A stretch of 62,000 nucleotides of DNA, taken from Squalus acanthias (taxonomy: Eukaryota). This document shows, piece by piece, positions 22,655 through 35,824 of the stretch (positions are counted from its first letter, which is position 1; the number at the start of each line of letters is the position of its first letter). A program made the translations under genes and the position numbers. The notes beneath the pieces are model-generated. The model was not told where the DNA came from. It did no database searches and saw nothing but the letters and a program-made list of their open reading frames with translations. The stretch is from the NCBI GenBank assembly GCA_030390025.1, contig CM059433.1, positions 6,510,001 through 6,572,000 on the forward strand, written 5' to 3'.

Positions 22655-24762
22655 AGCATCCACAGCCCTCTGGGGTAGAGAATTCCAAAGATTCACAGCC
22701 CTCCGAGTGAAGAAATTCCTCCTCATCTCGGTCTTAAATGGCCAACCCCTTATCCTGAGACTATGCCCCCTAGTTCTAGACACTCCAGCCAGGGGGAAAC
22801 AACCTCTCAGCATCTACCCTGTCAATCCCCTTCAGAATCTTGTATGTTTCAATGAGATCACCTCTCATTCTTCTAAACTCCAGAGAGTATAGGCCCATTC
22901 TACACAATCTCTCATCAAAGGACAGCCCTCTCATCACAGGAATCAATCTAGTGAACCTTCGTTGCACTGCCTCCAAGGCAAGTATATCCTTCCTTAGATA
23001 AGGAGACCAAAACTGTGCACAGTACTCCAGGTGTGGTCTCACCAAGGCCCTGTACAATTGTAGTAAGACTTCCTTACTCTTATACTCCAACCCCCTTGCA
23101 ATAAAGGCCAACATGCCATTTGCCTTCCTTATTGCTTGCTGTACCTGCATGCTAGCTTTCTGTGTTACTTGCACGAGGACACCCAAATCTCTCTCAACAC
23201 CAACATTTGAAAGTTTCTCACCATTTAAAAATATTCTGTTTTTCTATTCTTCCTACCAAAGTGAATAACCTCACATTTCCCTACATTATACTCCATCTGC
23301 CACCTTACTGCTCACTCACTTAGTCTATCTATATTTCTTTGCAGACTCTTTGGGCTGGATTTTACCAGCCCTGAGGAGGCGGGTTTGGAGGCGGGACTGC
23401 TGGGAAAATCAAAAAGAATGGGAGCGGGTCCTGAACCCGCCTCCAAACATTCTTCCTGGGAGTCGGGTCCCCGATTTGCGCAGGGATCCGACTCCTAGCG
23501 GTGGGAAGAGGATTATAGCCACTTAACTGCCTGTTAACAGGTAGTTAAGAGGCTTTTTCCCATTTTGAGACTTCTGCTGCGGGCTTCCCGACATTGGGGA
23601 ACCCCGCCAGGGTAAGTGAGGCGTGCTGTGGGTCTGTTGCAATGTTTGTGTATAGATGACAGCTGCAGAAGTGGTGTGAAGGATCCAATGGGACACGGGT
23701 GAGTATCAGAGGTAAGGAGATGTTGGGAAAGTCATTTTTAATGTGTTTAGATTTTTCTGTAGGTGACAAGCTTTGAAGCGTTTGTGTGGCCTCACCTCAT
23801 TGGGAGAAGTGACAGATTGCTTCTGTAACCTCACCTGCAGCTGCCATCTGTTTTATCCTAAGGAGAGAGTTATTGGAGAGTCTGAGTGCAAGGGCTCACC
23901 TTTGTAGAGTGATTGTCAGTGTTTGACAGCACCTCAATGCTGTCAAACACTGACAAATCATCTGTCAAAAATAAATGCTACATATTCCTTTAAGAAAACC
24001 AGTAGATGAAGCGTCATCAACTGACGTCATCTGACACCGGCTTTCCCTAAATTGGCTGGCAAGCCCGCAGGGCGGGCTTAACAAAGCCAATCAGGGGAAA
24101 ATAGCGTCTGTGCATCGGACGTCGCTGGGGGGGGGACTAGAACCCGGAAGGCAGCAGTCCCGCCCCCAATTCGTCTCGGCAGGTAAAATCGAGCCCTTTG
24201 TGTTCTCCACACAGCTTACTGTCCCACCTAGCTTTGTATCATCAGCAAACTTGGATACATTACACTCGGTCCCTTCATCTAGGTCATTAATATAGATTGT
24301 AAATAGCTGAGGCCCCAACACTGATCCTTGCGGCACCCCACTAGTTACAGCCTGCCACCCTGAAAAAGATCCGTTTATCCCTACTCTCTGTTTTCTGTCC
24401 GTTAACCAATCCTCTATCCATGCTATTATATTACCCCCAACCCCATGAGCCCTAATCTTGTGTAATAAACTTTTATGTGGCACCTTATCAAATGCCTTTT
24501 GGAAATCCAAATATACTACATCCACTGGTTCCCCCTTATCTACCCTGCTAGTTACATCCGCAAAAAACACTAATAAATTTGTCAAACATGATTTCCCTTT
24601 CATAAAACCATGTTGACTCTGCCTAATCATGTTATGATTTTCTAAGTGCCCTGATACCACTTCCTTAACAATGGATTCCAGCATTCCCCCCCCCGCCCAC
24701 CCACCCCCCGACGACTGTTCCCTGCTTTTTCTCTCCCTCCTTTCTTGAATAGCAGGTGTTAC
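22655..24762 (-). mobile_element. CR1 ORF2 reverse transcriptase fragment split by a MITE
   Basis: [52 protein letters not shown]. Confidence 0.93.
23352..24196 (-). mobile_element. Harbinger MITE related to family A and the 16002 element
   Basis: TTT|GGGCTGGATTTTACC...GGTAAAATCGAGCCC|TTT; removal rejoins the CR1 RT sequence. Confidence 0.9.
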
Positions 24763-24920
24763 ATGCTCTGGGAATATAAAGCCCGAACCCAGGCTTCTGG
24801 GACAGGCTGAAGCCTTCAAGTAAAAAACTTAAAATGAGTGCATTAAATACTCAAAAGGCAATTAAATGAATAAAATGAATTACTGTTAAAATTTATTTTT
24901 TTTGAATTTTATTTTTTTAT

Positions 24921-25546
24921 TGCCTCAGCTCATCCGCTGCTGAAACCCTCATCCATGCCTTTGTTACCTCTAGACTTGACTATTCCAACGCACTCCTGGC
25001 TGGCCTCCCACATTCTACACTACGTAAACTTGAGGTCATCCAAAACTCGGCTGCCCGTGTCCTAACTCGCACCAAGTCCCGTTCGCCCATCTCCCCTGTG
25101 CTCACTGACCTACATTGGCTCCCGGTTAAGCAGCGCCTCGATTTCAAAATTCTCATCCTTGTTTTCAAATCCCTCCATGGCCTCGCCCCTCCCTATCTCT
25201 GTAATCTCCTTCAGCCCCACAACCCCCCGAGATATCTGCGCTCCTCTAATTCTGCCCTCTTGAGCATCCCTGATTATAATCGCTCAACCTTTGGTGGCCG
25301 TGCCTTCTGTTGCTGAGGTCCCAAGCTCTGGAATTCCCTGCCTAAACCTCTTCGCCTCTCTACCTCTCTCTCCTCCTTTAAGACACTCCTTAAAACCTAC
25401 CTCTTTGACCAAGCTTTTGGTCACCTGCCCTAATTTATCCTTATGTGGATCAGTGTCAAATTCTTTTGTCTTAAAATACTCCTGTGCAGCGCCTGGGGAC
25501 ATTTTACTATGTTACAAGCGCTATATAAATACAAGTTGTTGTTGTT
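24921..25546 (+). mobile_element. L2 LINE 3' end
   Basis: LTDLHWLPVKQRLDFKILILVFKSLHGLAPPYL; (GTT)n tail. Confidence 0.92.
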
Positions 25547-25882
25547 AAAAGTTTTTTGGGGACATTAGCAATTTCAGTTACTGAAGAAAAAAAAATGCAG
25601 ACAATTTTTTTTTTCCAAAAGCCTTTTGAATGATTCATGGGGAAAGATAATACAGCACTCAGTTGTGGTATGAAATGAACCGTGATAGACAAGTGATAAA
25701 GATGGGAAATTCGAAGGGCACCCACTGCCTTCACAGGGAAATGTAACAGGCAACTGCGGACATCTTAACATGGAATTGTTTGCCGAGCAGTTTTCAATCC
25801 AGCATGCAACTTGCATAAGAATGTTATTATAGATATACGGGCAGATCTCCCATGGTGTCGCTCATAGGAAATTAAATAATAA

Positions 25883-26278
25883 ACATGAGAACGTAAGAAA
25901 CAGGAGCAGGAGTCGGCCAATCGGCCCTCGAGCCTGCTCCGCCATTCAATAAGATCATGGCTGATCCAATCTTGGCCTCAACACCACTTTCCCGCTCTCT
26001 CCCCATAACCCTTGACTCCCTTGTAGTTCAAATGACTGTCAATCTCCACCTTGAATATATTCAATGACCCAGCCTCCACAGCTCTCTGGGGAAGAGAATT
26101 CCAAAGATTCACGATCCTCTGAGAGAAGAAATTCCTCCTCATCTCCGTCTTAAATGGGCGACCCCTTATTCTGAAACTATGCTCCCTAGTTCTAGATTCC
26201 CCCACGAGGGGAAACATCCTCTCAGCATCCACCCTGTCAAGCCCCCTCAAAATCTTATATGTTTCAATAAGATCACCT
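25883..26278 (-). mobile_element. CR1 3' end
   Basis: RMFPLVGESRTREHSFRIRGRPFKTEMRRNFFSQR. Confidence 0.92.
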
Positions 26279-27445
26279 TCTTATATGCTGTCTTATAATG
26301 GTAGGAGTATTGGACAATGTAATTCATAAGGTGAAGATGTGCTTAAACTGGCCTTTCCCTTTAAGGCAAGAAAGCCCAATGGCTATAAATAAAAATAGCC
26401 TGAGGTCATTCATTGATTGTTGTATGGTTGGGGGTCTTGACGGATTGGAATATATTGGTCAGTTTTGGGTTGAAGCCAAGAACTGTTTAAAAGACTAATT
26501 ACAAACTTTAACAGTTGGACAGCTAAATTACTCCATCTCATCCGCATTTTGATATTAGCGTCATTTCTCCTGTGCCGGCGGGTTTTTATCTTTGGAAATC
26601 AAATTAAGTCACGGAACAAGGATGAAAAAAGCAATTGCAACAGAACGTTTACTTTGTATCACAATCATAAAACAGGAAAGCGCCATAACGTGTGTGACTG
26701 CTCACAGCCTGTGAATGGTCCCACTGGCTTGTTTTTTAGTATATTTTACGTATCAGTTTCATAGACAGTTAAGTATAGAATAGTTGTGCACTCTATAAAC
26801 ACAGGCAGCAAGCTCATAGTTGGGAGGTGGGCGTCGCTGGCAAGGCCGGCATTTGGAGGTGAGTGGACCGAACAATAGTAGATAAGGTTTAATGCAGACA
26901 AGTGCAAAAATATTGCGCATAGGAAGGACAAATGGGCAAGACGCATACTTCATGATTGACGCTGAACTAGCCCAATTTTTCAGCGCTACGGGTGCTGTTT
27001 TGTGTTGAAAATGCCGCCTGTGCCATGCACGCACACTTCTGGTGCATGTCGCGCCGGACGCCATCTTGGTGAGGGCGGTAAGCCGGGCGTTAGGAGTGTG
27101 CGGCGGAAGCTTGTTGAGTGGGCAGATCGTGACGTCAATCAGAGTGCAACGCTGATTTGATGCCAGCGCTGCCATTTTCGTCCTCAACGCTGGAGCGAAC
27201 CCTCGCACAGCTGATCATGCCTTCAGCAGCAGCAAGGACAAACCATTGTCGATATTTAAAGGGATCAGCAACCACGCTCAGGTTAGTTGCTGATTAATTT
27301 CTACTGGCTCTGTGCAGGTTTGTGAACGTGTTTGGAGCTTTCTAGAGTTGTTTAAAGTTGGTGAGGTGATGGGGAGTGGTGCCGCAAGTGGAGAAGGCCT
27401 TGGTTCTGAATTCAAGGGTTCTGGTTAGACCACTTGCTCCCAGTC

Positions 27446-27627
27446 ATGGGTGCTCTAGTTGTCACCCCCCTTTGGCCTGCAGCAGGACAGGGAGATGGAG
27501 CAGAGGCAGCAAAGAGGACAAGCTGCTCGCACATGGAGAGGGAGGGGGAGAAGGAGGAAGAGGAGGAACAGGAGGCAACCAGCACATCCTGTCTCCGGCC
27601 AGGCTCATTCGGCTACGGTTCCACTGA
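27446..27627 (+). pseudogene. Harbinger transposase with the core deleted (N- and C-termini joined)
   Basis: FGLQQDREMEQRQQRGQAARTWRGRGRRR (compare LGLEDEWGQQG at 2680) joined to an acidic stretch and ARLIRLRFH*. Confidence 0.6.
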
Positions 27628-27792
27628 ACACAACCCCAAATCCCCATAGTACAACAGTCACACATCTTACCATCCCTCTGTTACTGACCATCACAGAGTC
27701 CTCTTGGCCACAATGCTGAAATAAAAACCACCACAAAAGAAATATTCCAAACCAACTTTATATATTAATCCATCCAATATTACATAACAAAG

Positions 27793-29742
27793 TCAACTAA
27801 TCACCCTAGTGCATTCCCTTAGTGCCTGTCTTCCATGTTCCTTTGTCTGTCCTAGCGCTCCTACGAAGTGCTGCCCCAGTGGCTGCAGCATGGCTGGTGG
27901 AAGGCTGCTGACTTGCAGCGGGGGAGACTGCAGATGGACTTTCAGGACAACCTCAAGCAGCTCTGGGCCTAGAAGGCTCAGCTTTAGACTGCACCATCTG
28001 GGCCTGGGCGGCAGCAGTCTGGGCTGGCTGGCTGACAGGCAACAGCAAGGGCACTGGCGGATTAGCATAGGTGATAGAACAAATGCTGTCATCCTGAGAG
28101 AGGACAGCAGGTTCCTGCTCCACGGAGCCACTGCCATTCCACAGGATGGTGCCTCAGCATTCCTAGCCATCTGTTGGAGCATAGATTGCTGGACTGGTGT
28201 CACATCCTGTAAGCCCCTTTCCACACTGGTAAACGCAGCCACGATGGCAGCAGTCTGAGCTTGCGTGGCAGCAAGCTGAGACTGCATGAGAGCAGTCTGA
28301 CCTTGTGTGAGAGAAAGCTGAGCTTCCACTGCAGCACTCAGACGTTGGGTGGCTTCTGCTTGTGCTACAATGGAAGCTGAGATATTGGCCATCAGATGCT
28401 GCATCATGGTTGGGTCCACAATGTGTGGTAATGGAGTTGGCCACCACTTCCATGCTGGAAATCATGGGTTCAAGCTCTGCCCAAAGCTTTCTGCAAGGTT
28501 GGTGCCGGACTCCTCCATGCTCCTTGACATTGCACTCGGGCTTTCTGGCAGGCCTGCCAATGCGCCAAGCATTTCACTGTGCAAACCCATCAGCGTCTTC
28601 TGTAGGCTGCCCCATCAAAGTTCTCATCTGAGTCCTCTGCAGCAGAACTCGTGTGTGACCTCACCCTCCAGGGAGCTGGCACCTGCGCTACCCTTTCCCC
28701 CTGCCTGGCTGCAGGCCACTCATGCTCGGTGTCTCACCACTTGCAGATCCCGCCTCTAACCTATCCTCTAAAGTACGCGGAGTGTCAGTATCTGAGCTTG
28801 TGGCTGTGAGTGTGAAATCGAGTGGCGGTGCTGTGTCTTCATCATCAGTGTCTTGGTGTTCTTCAATTTCCTGCTCCTCCACCAGTGCCTGGCCAGGTGG
28901 CAGTTCTTGGCTGTCTGAAAGGAGAAAGGCACAAGGGTAAGGTTGTGGTGAGGGGAGGGGGGAAAGCATGCTTACACTATGTGCAGCTTATAAATCAGAA
29001 GAGATTGTGGGATGAGGGGGAAGTGGGATGTGAGCAGGAGAATTATGTATGAGGATACCGTCATCTTGCATTGTTTCAGCCCCGCCACTGGCCATGGGCT
29101 CAGCGATGGTCCTCCCAATAATGGCCAGCACCGTCCCCTCCATCGGGGTAAGGTTAGCAGGAGTACCTGTCCCCCGCCGGTTAGGTCCTGCTGCCTCCAG
29201 CTGTGAGCAACCTTCTCCTGCAAGAGAAAGGGAAGTGTGTCAGTGAGTGCGGTGCAATGTGTTTGGGTGATGTGCCTGTCATGGTTGAATAGCTGACAGT
29301 GTGTTCAAGCTGTGAGATGTGGGTGTGAGGCTTGCAGCAGTGGTAAGTGTGTGCGTGTGAGGTGAAGCTATGAATGTGAGGTACGGGTCGTGTTTGGTAG
29401 AGATTGTTGGTAGGTGAGTGATGGGGGTGTGGTGCATTGAGCAATGTGTGAGGCTGGTGGTGCAGATGGTGGGATATGGTATTTGAAGATAAATTCACTG
29501 ACCTTGACCACTCGTGTGAGGTCATTAAACTTCTTCCTGCACTGAGTCCAGGTCCTTGGGGCTACACTGCTTGCATTCACCACGACGGCTATCTGCTCCC
29601 ATTACCTTTTCCGAATTTGCCTGGAGGGCCTCCTGGTCCCCTGTGCAAACAGGACCTCTCTTCTCCTGTCTACCTCCTGCGCCAAGGCCTCCAGTGCTGC
29701 ATCCGAGAACCTTGGACCACACTCTCTCCCCTGTTGTGCCAT
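27793..29742 (-). pseudogene. Harbinger Myb/SANT-like DNA-binding protein, 3 exons (29742-29503, 29217-29059, 28914-about 27793)
   Basis: PRFSDAALEALAQEVDRRREVLF...W...APRTWTQCRKKFNDL; GT-AG introns; stop at 29602-29604 plus frameshifts; Q/A-rich coiled-coil-like C-terminus. Confidence 0.88.
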
Positions 29743-32539
29743 CAGTACTACTTCTGCCTGCTCACACTCTGTTCCCCAGCTACAGCCAGAATGCACCTCC
29801 CCTTTAAGAGGTGCAGACTGCCTTTAAGAAGTGCAGGCTTGCTTTAATTGCATGAACTTGGACCCCCTGCTGAGCGTGCAGCCACTCAGCAGCGCGTTCA
29901 GCACTGGGCTGCACGCCACAATCATGTTCATCAGCAGACAGCACAAAGTTACCGTGCTGCCTGCATTATTTTGAACGGGCGCAGGTTGATCCCACATCAC
30001 GATCCCCGCGCCCTTTTTCGGGGGCAATCGAATTTCTAGCCCTAGGAGTCTTAGTAGACTGAAAGCTCAACATGTCCAACCAATGCAAAGCAGGAATTAA
30101 AGCCAGCAGAATGTTGAACTGCATGGCTAAAACAGTGGAATACATGTCAGAGGAAGTCGTGATTAGGCCATGCAATGGTCTGGTCACACCTCAAGTACTG
30201 TGTCTAGTTCTGGAGGCCGAGAAATAAGAGAAATTCAAAGACTGGAGGCAGTGCAGAGAAGATCCATGAGGCTGATCCCTACTGTCAAGAGTCTGAGTTA
30301 CAAGGAAAGACTGAATGGACTTGAGTTTTTCAGTCTGGCAAGGAGGTGTCTGAGACGTGATATTATAGAGATATATGAGATAATAAATGGTATGGAAAAG
30401 GTTCATCTAGAATACTAATTTAAATTAAACAGTGGAAGCAGAACAAGAGCACATCGGTTCAAACTAGTCAAAGGCAATTTTAGGACTGATATTGGAGGTT
30501 TTTCTTCATGTAGAAAGTTATCAACACTTGGAATGGACTTCCAGGCAGAGTGGTAGAGGCACAAACCCTGGACTCTTTAAGAAACAATGAGGAGTGCAGG
30601 GTTGTTCTGGAGAGATGTCTTAAGAATGGTCTTCCTCATCTGTAAGTATTTTGTAATCTTGTGGTTGCCAAGACATCAACGAACAGCTAAACAATCCCCT
30701 CAGGATTCTTGTGTTTTCTTTATTAATCGCCCAGAGAGATTTTTGACGGTTATTGTGGCATTTTGGGGCGACAGAAATGGACCGGGGCATTAAAAGATGG
30801 GGAAGAAAAAAATTAGAATAATTAAATAGGAACAAAAAAAGACATGGAGAAATAGCAGGAGATGGGTAACTCCAAGAAAAGAAAAACAATCCAACACAAA
30901 ACAGAAAGCAAACCACATGGAGAAAGCAAAGAAAACAGCAGCAGAGAGTTAAAAAAAATGCATAGACAGAAATAAGAACAGTGAGAGAAAAGAAAACACG
31001 GGACAGCATAACAAGAAGAGCATGAATAATTATTTCACCAAGAGTTAGACCGTGAAATAAATTATTCCATGCTTTTTGTTTCCTGGGCTTGCAATAAAAA
31101 GATACAGGAAAAAATAGACACTATGCATGGAAGCTCAGTACATGATCTGTGATGAATTTGTCTGGTCTTTGCTCTGAATCACATTAAAACACTGGCAGAG
31201 CACCCTGTGCTCGCTGTGGGGAAACGCCAGTAGAGACCAACTGCTTCTCCGCAGGGGTGGGTGGGGGAGAGAACCGGTTGAGAAAGACATTACTGCACCA
31301 CTCTTGAACCGTTCCCAATACCTGGCTCAGATATTTCCAAATCAGGGAGAGCGTAAACTGGAGATCAGTACTACAGGATTTGTTTTGGATCTCAGGATCA
31401 GAGCATAATTGCCTTCAAATGCCGAGGGCCATACACAATATGCTTAGTCTAGCTCACACCAGGAGGTAAGATAGCAGCGTGAGGTTGACTTCCCCTCCAA
31501 ATTGTTTCCTCTCTTCCTGTGGCACAGCACCCGACCCATACTCTGGCTCGCCCTCTTGGCGCAGGTTAGCAATTTACTCAACCGAGAATCTGACAAAACT
31601 CGCATCCTGCCTCTCTTCAGCTTTATCTCAGTACCTCCTCCTTTCAGTTTCTGTCCAATTTTGTTCTTTCCTTTATTTGGTATAGTTCTCCTTTCTTTCT
31701 TCATTGGGTCCGTGGCCGTTTCTCTTGGCCAGGCTCCCTATTCCGGGTCATTATTCAGCAACTGTTGGAAAGTGTGCACGTGAGGAGAGACCAGGCTCAA
31801 CTGTGACATTCCCATCCCCATCATCATGGCTGAATAACCTGCTGATACGTGCTGGCTCGCACACAAAGGATGGCCACTTGGATAAGGCACCAAGGTGTAG
31901 TCAGTCAGAGGCACCATCTTCAGGAGAGGCAAAAAGGTGAGAATCGGGCAAAGAGAGGAGTGGGATGGAAGACTGTAAGAACTAATCAAATACTCAATCG
32001 GATACTGTGGTTGAGGTGCTTCTGGCATGCTGGACGAGAAACTTGTAGAATGCAAATAGTCAGAATGATAACTGGAAATCTGCTCAATTATCCTTGAGGA
32101 TATGGGAAACATTTCAAAGAGATTTATCTTGTTGGAAGTTTACTTGGAGTTGGCGGCCACCCTCAGCTGGCTAGAAAGTTTGGCTGACTCCATGGTAAGG
32201 CAAATTGTTATTTCTTGATAACCAACCACCTCCTAAACCCCTCCTCCCCTACTCCTCCAATCTGATCCCAAGGGTGGGTAGCTCATGGATTCCTTCATAT
32301 CCAAACATTAAGATTGTTAGGCAGCTGCCTTTACCAATTCCCAAGTCCCTCTTGCCCCCAGGCTTTCTTCTCCCCAGTCTCTTGCCATCCTAATCCTTCA
32401 CTCCTACTTTTATTGATTTTTTTTGGCTATTCTGCTGGCTGCCCTATCCAAATTCATCTCATCCATGAGACTCACTTTTTCCTCTTCCCAATTCACAACA
32501 CTGCCCCCCCACCCAGCCTCCCCACATCCCCTCTCAACC

Positions 32540-33130
32540 TCTGATCACTGAACTCCCTGTTCTGGCTTCCATGCTAGCTGAATTCATCAATGGTTCCCTT
32601 TCCTCGGGCACCATCCCTCCTCTTTCAAAACTGCCATCATCACACACGCCCCCCCCTCAAAACTCTTAATCCATGTATCCTCTCCCAACACCACCCATTT
32701 CCAACCTCCCTTTATTCTCTAAGGTCCTTGAAGCTATTGTCACATTCCAGCTCTTATGCCCATCTCCCCCAAAATGACCTGGTGGTTTTTGTTCTTTCTT
32801 GTGGTGTGGCCAATGCTGGCAAGGCTGCATGTATTGCTCATCCCTAGTTGTCCTGTGAAGGTGGTGGTGGTCCTTCTTTTTAAACTACTCCAGTCCAGCT
32901 TCCATCCCACTTTATGGCACTGAAATAGTCATCAAGATCACTTACATCCATCTCTGCTGCATTGTTTGCCTCCATCCCTATCTCAGTCCATGCTGGACTG
33001 AATCATGTCTATATCACTTCTAGACCTGACTATTCCAATGCCCTCCTTGTTGGCCTCCAAGCCTCCATAAAGTCCAACTTGTCCAAAATTCGGCTGCTCC
33101 TGTCTTGTCCCACACCAAGGCCCATTTCCA
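32540..33130 (+). mobile_element. Old L2 ORF2 fragments with a nested LINE tail (about 32790-32895)
   Basis: HPFPTSLYSLRSL (eroded RPISNLPFLSKVLE) and ITSRPDYSNALLVGL. Confidence 0.6.
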
Positions 33131-33689
33131 AAGCCCATCTGTAAAATATCTTGGGACATTGAAGGGACAAGTTTGGGTCATTTTTTTACATGAAAGGGAC
33201 AAGTTGTTATTGTTGCCCTATGAAACACTCTGGGGCATCTCCTTGTTCACGAGGAGCACTGTAGAGGTGTAAACTGTTGTTGAAAGAGATGAAAACGTTT
33301 TCCATTTTGCAAGCCAGAAAGCTTTAGCATACACTGTACACTTGCATTGAAAACAAATGCTTTAAAAAAGCAATGACATGCCACAGCGAAGCACTGCAGG
33401 GAAATATAGATCTGACATGTCTGCATTATTTCAATAGCCAGGCCATTCTTGAAAAAAGGTATTATATATTTTTTTAGAGATAAATTACACATCTGAAAGA
33501 AACTGATTTATCCTCATATTTTCAAATCAAGGTTTGTTTGTGCTTTTCATTAGCAAGCCTGCACTGGCAGAACAAATGAATTTGGAATCACACAAGACTG
33601 GAAATGTTAGATTAATTGACAAACTGAAGACAGAGTGTGACTTAAAGTATGTGCCTAGTGTTAACAATTTGCTACTGATAAAACATTTA

Positions 33690-34426
33690 GGGGGAAAAAT
33701 TCGGTCGCTTTGCGTCTCCCGTTAGCGCCCTAAGAGGGGGCTAACGGGGCGCAAAGCAACTAGCGCCCGGGCGCGGCGCCGCCAACGCCTCCCGCGAAAT
33801 TCAGCGGGAGGTTAGCAGCGGCGCTAACCGTTAGCACCGCGCCACCGCCGATGACGTCATCGCCGTGCGCAGCGCCCCACTCGTGCCCCGGCCGCGATTT
33901 TCAGTGGCGCCCCCTGACTTACCGCCGGACATTATGTCCGACGGGGTCAGGGGGGCCTACCTGCGGCCGGGCCGGCGCTATTTAAAGGCGAGGTGCCGGG
34001 CGGCCATTTTTGTTGGCTGGCCGCCTGCCAGCACCTGCCTCCATTCCCGTCCCCAGCCTCCTGAGCAGCCCACCTCCCCGCGGAATGCCGTCTGCGCTCC
34101 ATGAGCCCGGCACGTCTCTTGAGTGCCGGGCTCTTTTGCCGGCACTCCAATCCCCGGTGGCCCAGCTGGGCCCCGGGTTGCGCTGCGCAAGGCCCCCCCC
34201 CCTTTAAGAAGGGGAGGAAGGCCTGCAATACCGCGACGCGACGTGCCGCAGCGCCACGTAGCGCCGCGATATTCCCTCGCAGCGCCCCAAGAGGGAGGCG
34301 GGGCGCTTCCAGTAGTGCCCCGCTTCCCTCTTGGGGCGAACCACTCAATTTCGGCCGCGGGGGCGCTAATTTTTCTGGGGTGCTGAAGTTAGCGCCCCAA
34401 AGGGGGCGCGACTCAATTTCTCCCCC
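33690..34426. mobile_element. GC-rich Harbinger MITE family B, copy 2
   Basis: TTA|GGGGGAAAAATT...AATTTCTCCCCC|TTA. Confidence 0.92.
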
Positions 34427-34657
34427 TTATTTCCAACTGTGACACTGAGCCCTTTTAACAGTGAATTGAAGTGATACAGAGCGTATTGGGGCCTTTGTTG
34501 CGAATTGTGGTCAGCGAAGCCTCACATTAGAAGACACCAAGCAAAAGTAAGATACTTTCTAACAAACAGGTGGCAAAGGCGTGCAGGAGGCCCAGTTTCC
34601 CCCAGGTGAATTTCGCACACCAAAAGAAAGCAAAATGTGACCTGAAAGTGTGACCCA

Positions 34658-34802
34658 AGCAGAAAATTCTTGAGACGCTCAGCAGGTCAGGCAGCATCCG
34701 TCAAGAAAAGACGAGTGAATTGACGTTTCAGGTGTGAACCCATTTTCTCGACAGCTGCTGCCTTGTCCGTGGAGTGTCTCCAGCGTTTTGTGCTTTTGTT
34801 TC
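34658..34802. mobile_element. Penelope-like terminal-repeat relic, family 2, inverted pair
   Basis: ctcagcaggtcaggcagcatccgt...gacgtttcaggt plus a degenerate inverted copy; homologues at 47741, 53750 and 58841. Confidence 0.6.
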
Positions 34803-35615
34803 GATGTCGCACAGCTCCTAGTCATAGACCAGTATGGCTGAGTTTTAGTAACAGGTTTTCAAGCCATCATCTTGGCAAGGAAACTAGGGGAAAACAAAGG
34901 AAAGGATAACTTACCAAAAAAACACTGAATTTGAATTATTTCTAAAAATGCAAACACCTCAGTGACTGAGTCTACTCAAAAGTTCATGTTTATCCACTTC
35001 ACTGCCCTCTCACCCTCCCAATAGACGCATTAGCATTTATTATGCAGGTATATAATTTTTACAAATTGAGTTTCTCAAATATGTAAAATGAAGCTGCTAC
35101 TTTTGCGGCTTATTGCTGTGTGTTTGCATATCATTTCAAAAATTGAAAAAAAAACCTTTTCATGCCAACGTTATATAATCCCATTAAAATGAACATTGTA
35201 AATGTCTTTTATTTCCTTTGCAACACAGCCTCCTCTCCAGATTCCACCCATTAGTTGCTTTGGTGAGAACATAATATTGTCACAAGATTGTGTCACGCTG
35301 CTTGTCCTTGCCTGGAATGGAAATCTGACTTCTGAGCTTTTTAAGTTAGTTTTATCTTTCAGGTGTCGGTAGCCCAGTAACACACAGAAACCTTCTCTGC
35401 TGTTTACCTACTAACAATAACCTATTGCTGTTACTGACGTAAATTGGACCCAACCCCACCGCCCCGCCACTGGCAATGCTGCAGTGCTGTGTATTAATGT
35501 AGTAACGCATTGTTTTTTTTAATAGGTTCTCTCTTTTTTTTTATATTCGTTCATGGGATGTGGGCGTCGCTGGCAAGGCCAGCATTTATTGCCCATCCCT
35601 AATTGCCCTTGAGAA

Positions 35616-35824
35616 ATGTGAGATGTCGCACAACACCAGGTTATAGTCCAACAGCTTTATTTGAAATCACAAGCTTTCGGAGCGTCAGGTGAAGGTCACC
35701 TGACGAAGGAGCAGCCGCTCCGAAAGCTTGTGATTTCAAAGAAAGCTGTTGGACTATAACCTGGTGTTGTGCGACTTCTCACATTTGTCCACCCCAGTCC
35801 AACACCGGCATCTCCACATCATGA
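35616..35824 (+). mobile_element. Penelope-like palindromic terminal-repeat insertion
   Basis: About 71-bp inverted arms (35614-35684 and 35716-35786), 3' tail to 35824, 9-bp TSD CCTTGAGAA. Confidence 0.85.
35696..35733 (+). ncRNA. Minimal type I hammerhead ribozyme motif
   Basis: TCAC-CTGACGA-A-GGAGC-agcc-GCTCC-GAAA-GCT-T-GTGA. Confidence 0.75.

Larger units (their letters stand above)
26972..30042 (-). mobile_element. Harbinger element with Myb-like gene and deleted transposase; left TIR lost
   Basis: Right end GAATTTCTAGCCC; convergent transposase remnant (+) and Myb gene (-). Confidence 0.85.
26860..30610 (+). mobile_element. Old CR1 fragment (about 26860-26971 plus 30043-30610) split by a Harbinger insertion
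   Basis: RFNADKCK...YFMIDAELA, then LGVLVD...LEAVQRR...SYKERL. Confidence 0.7.
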
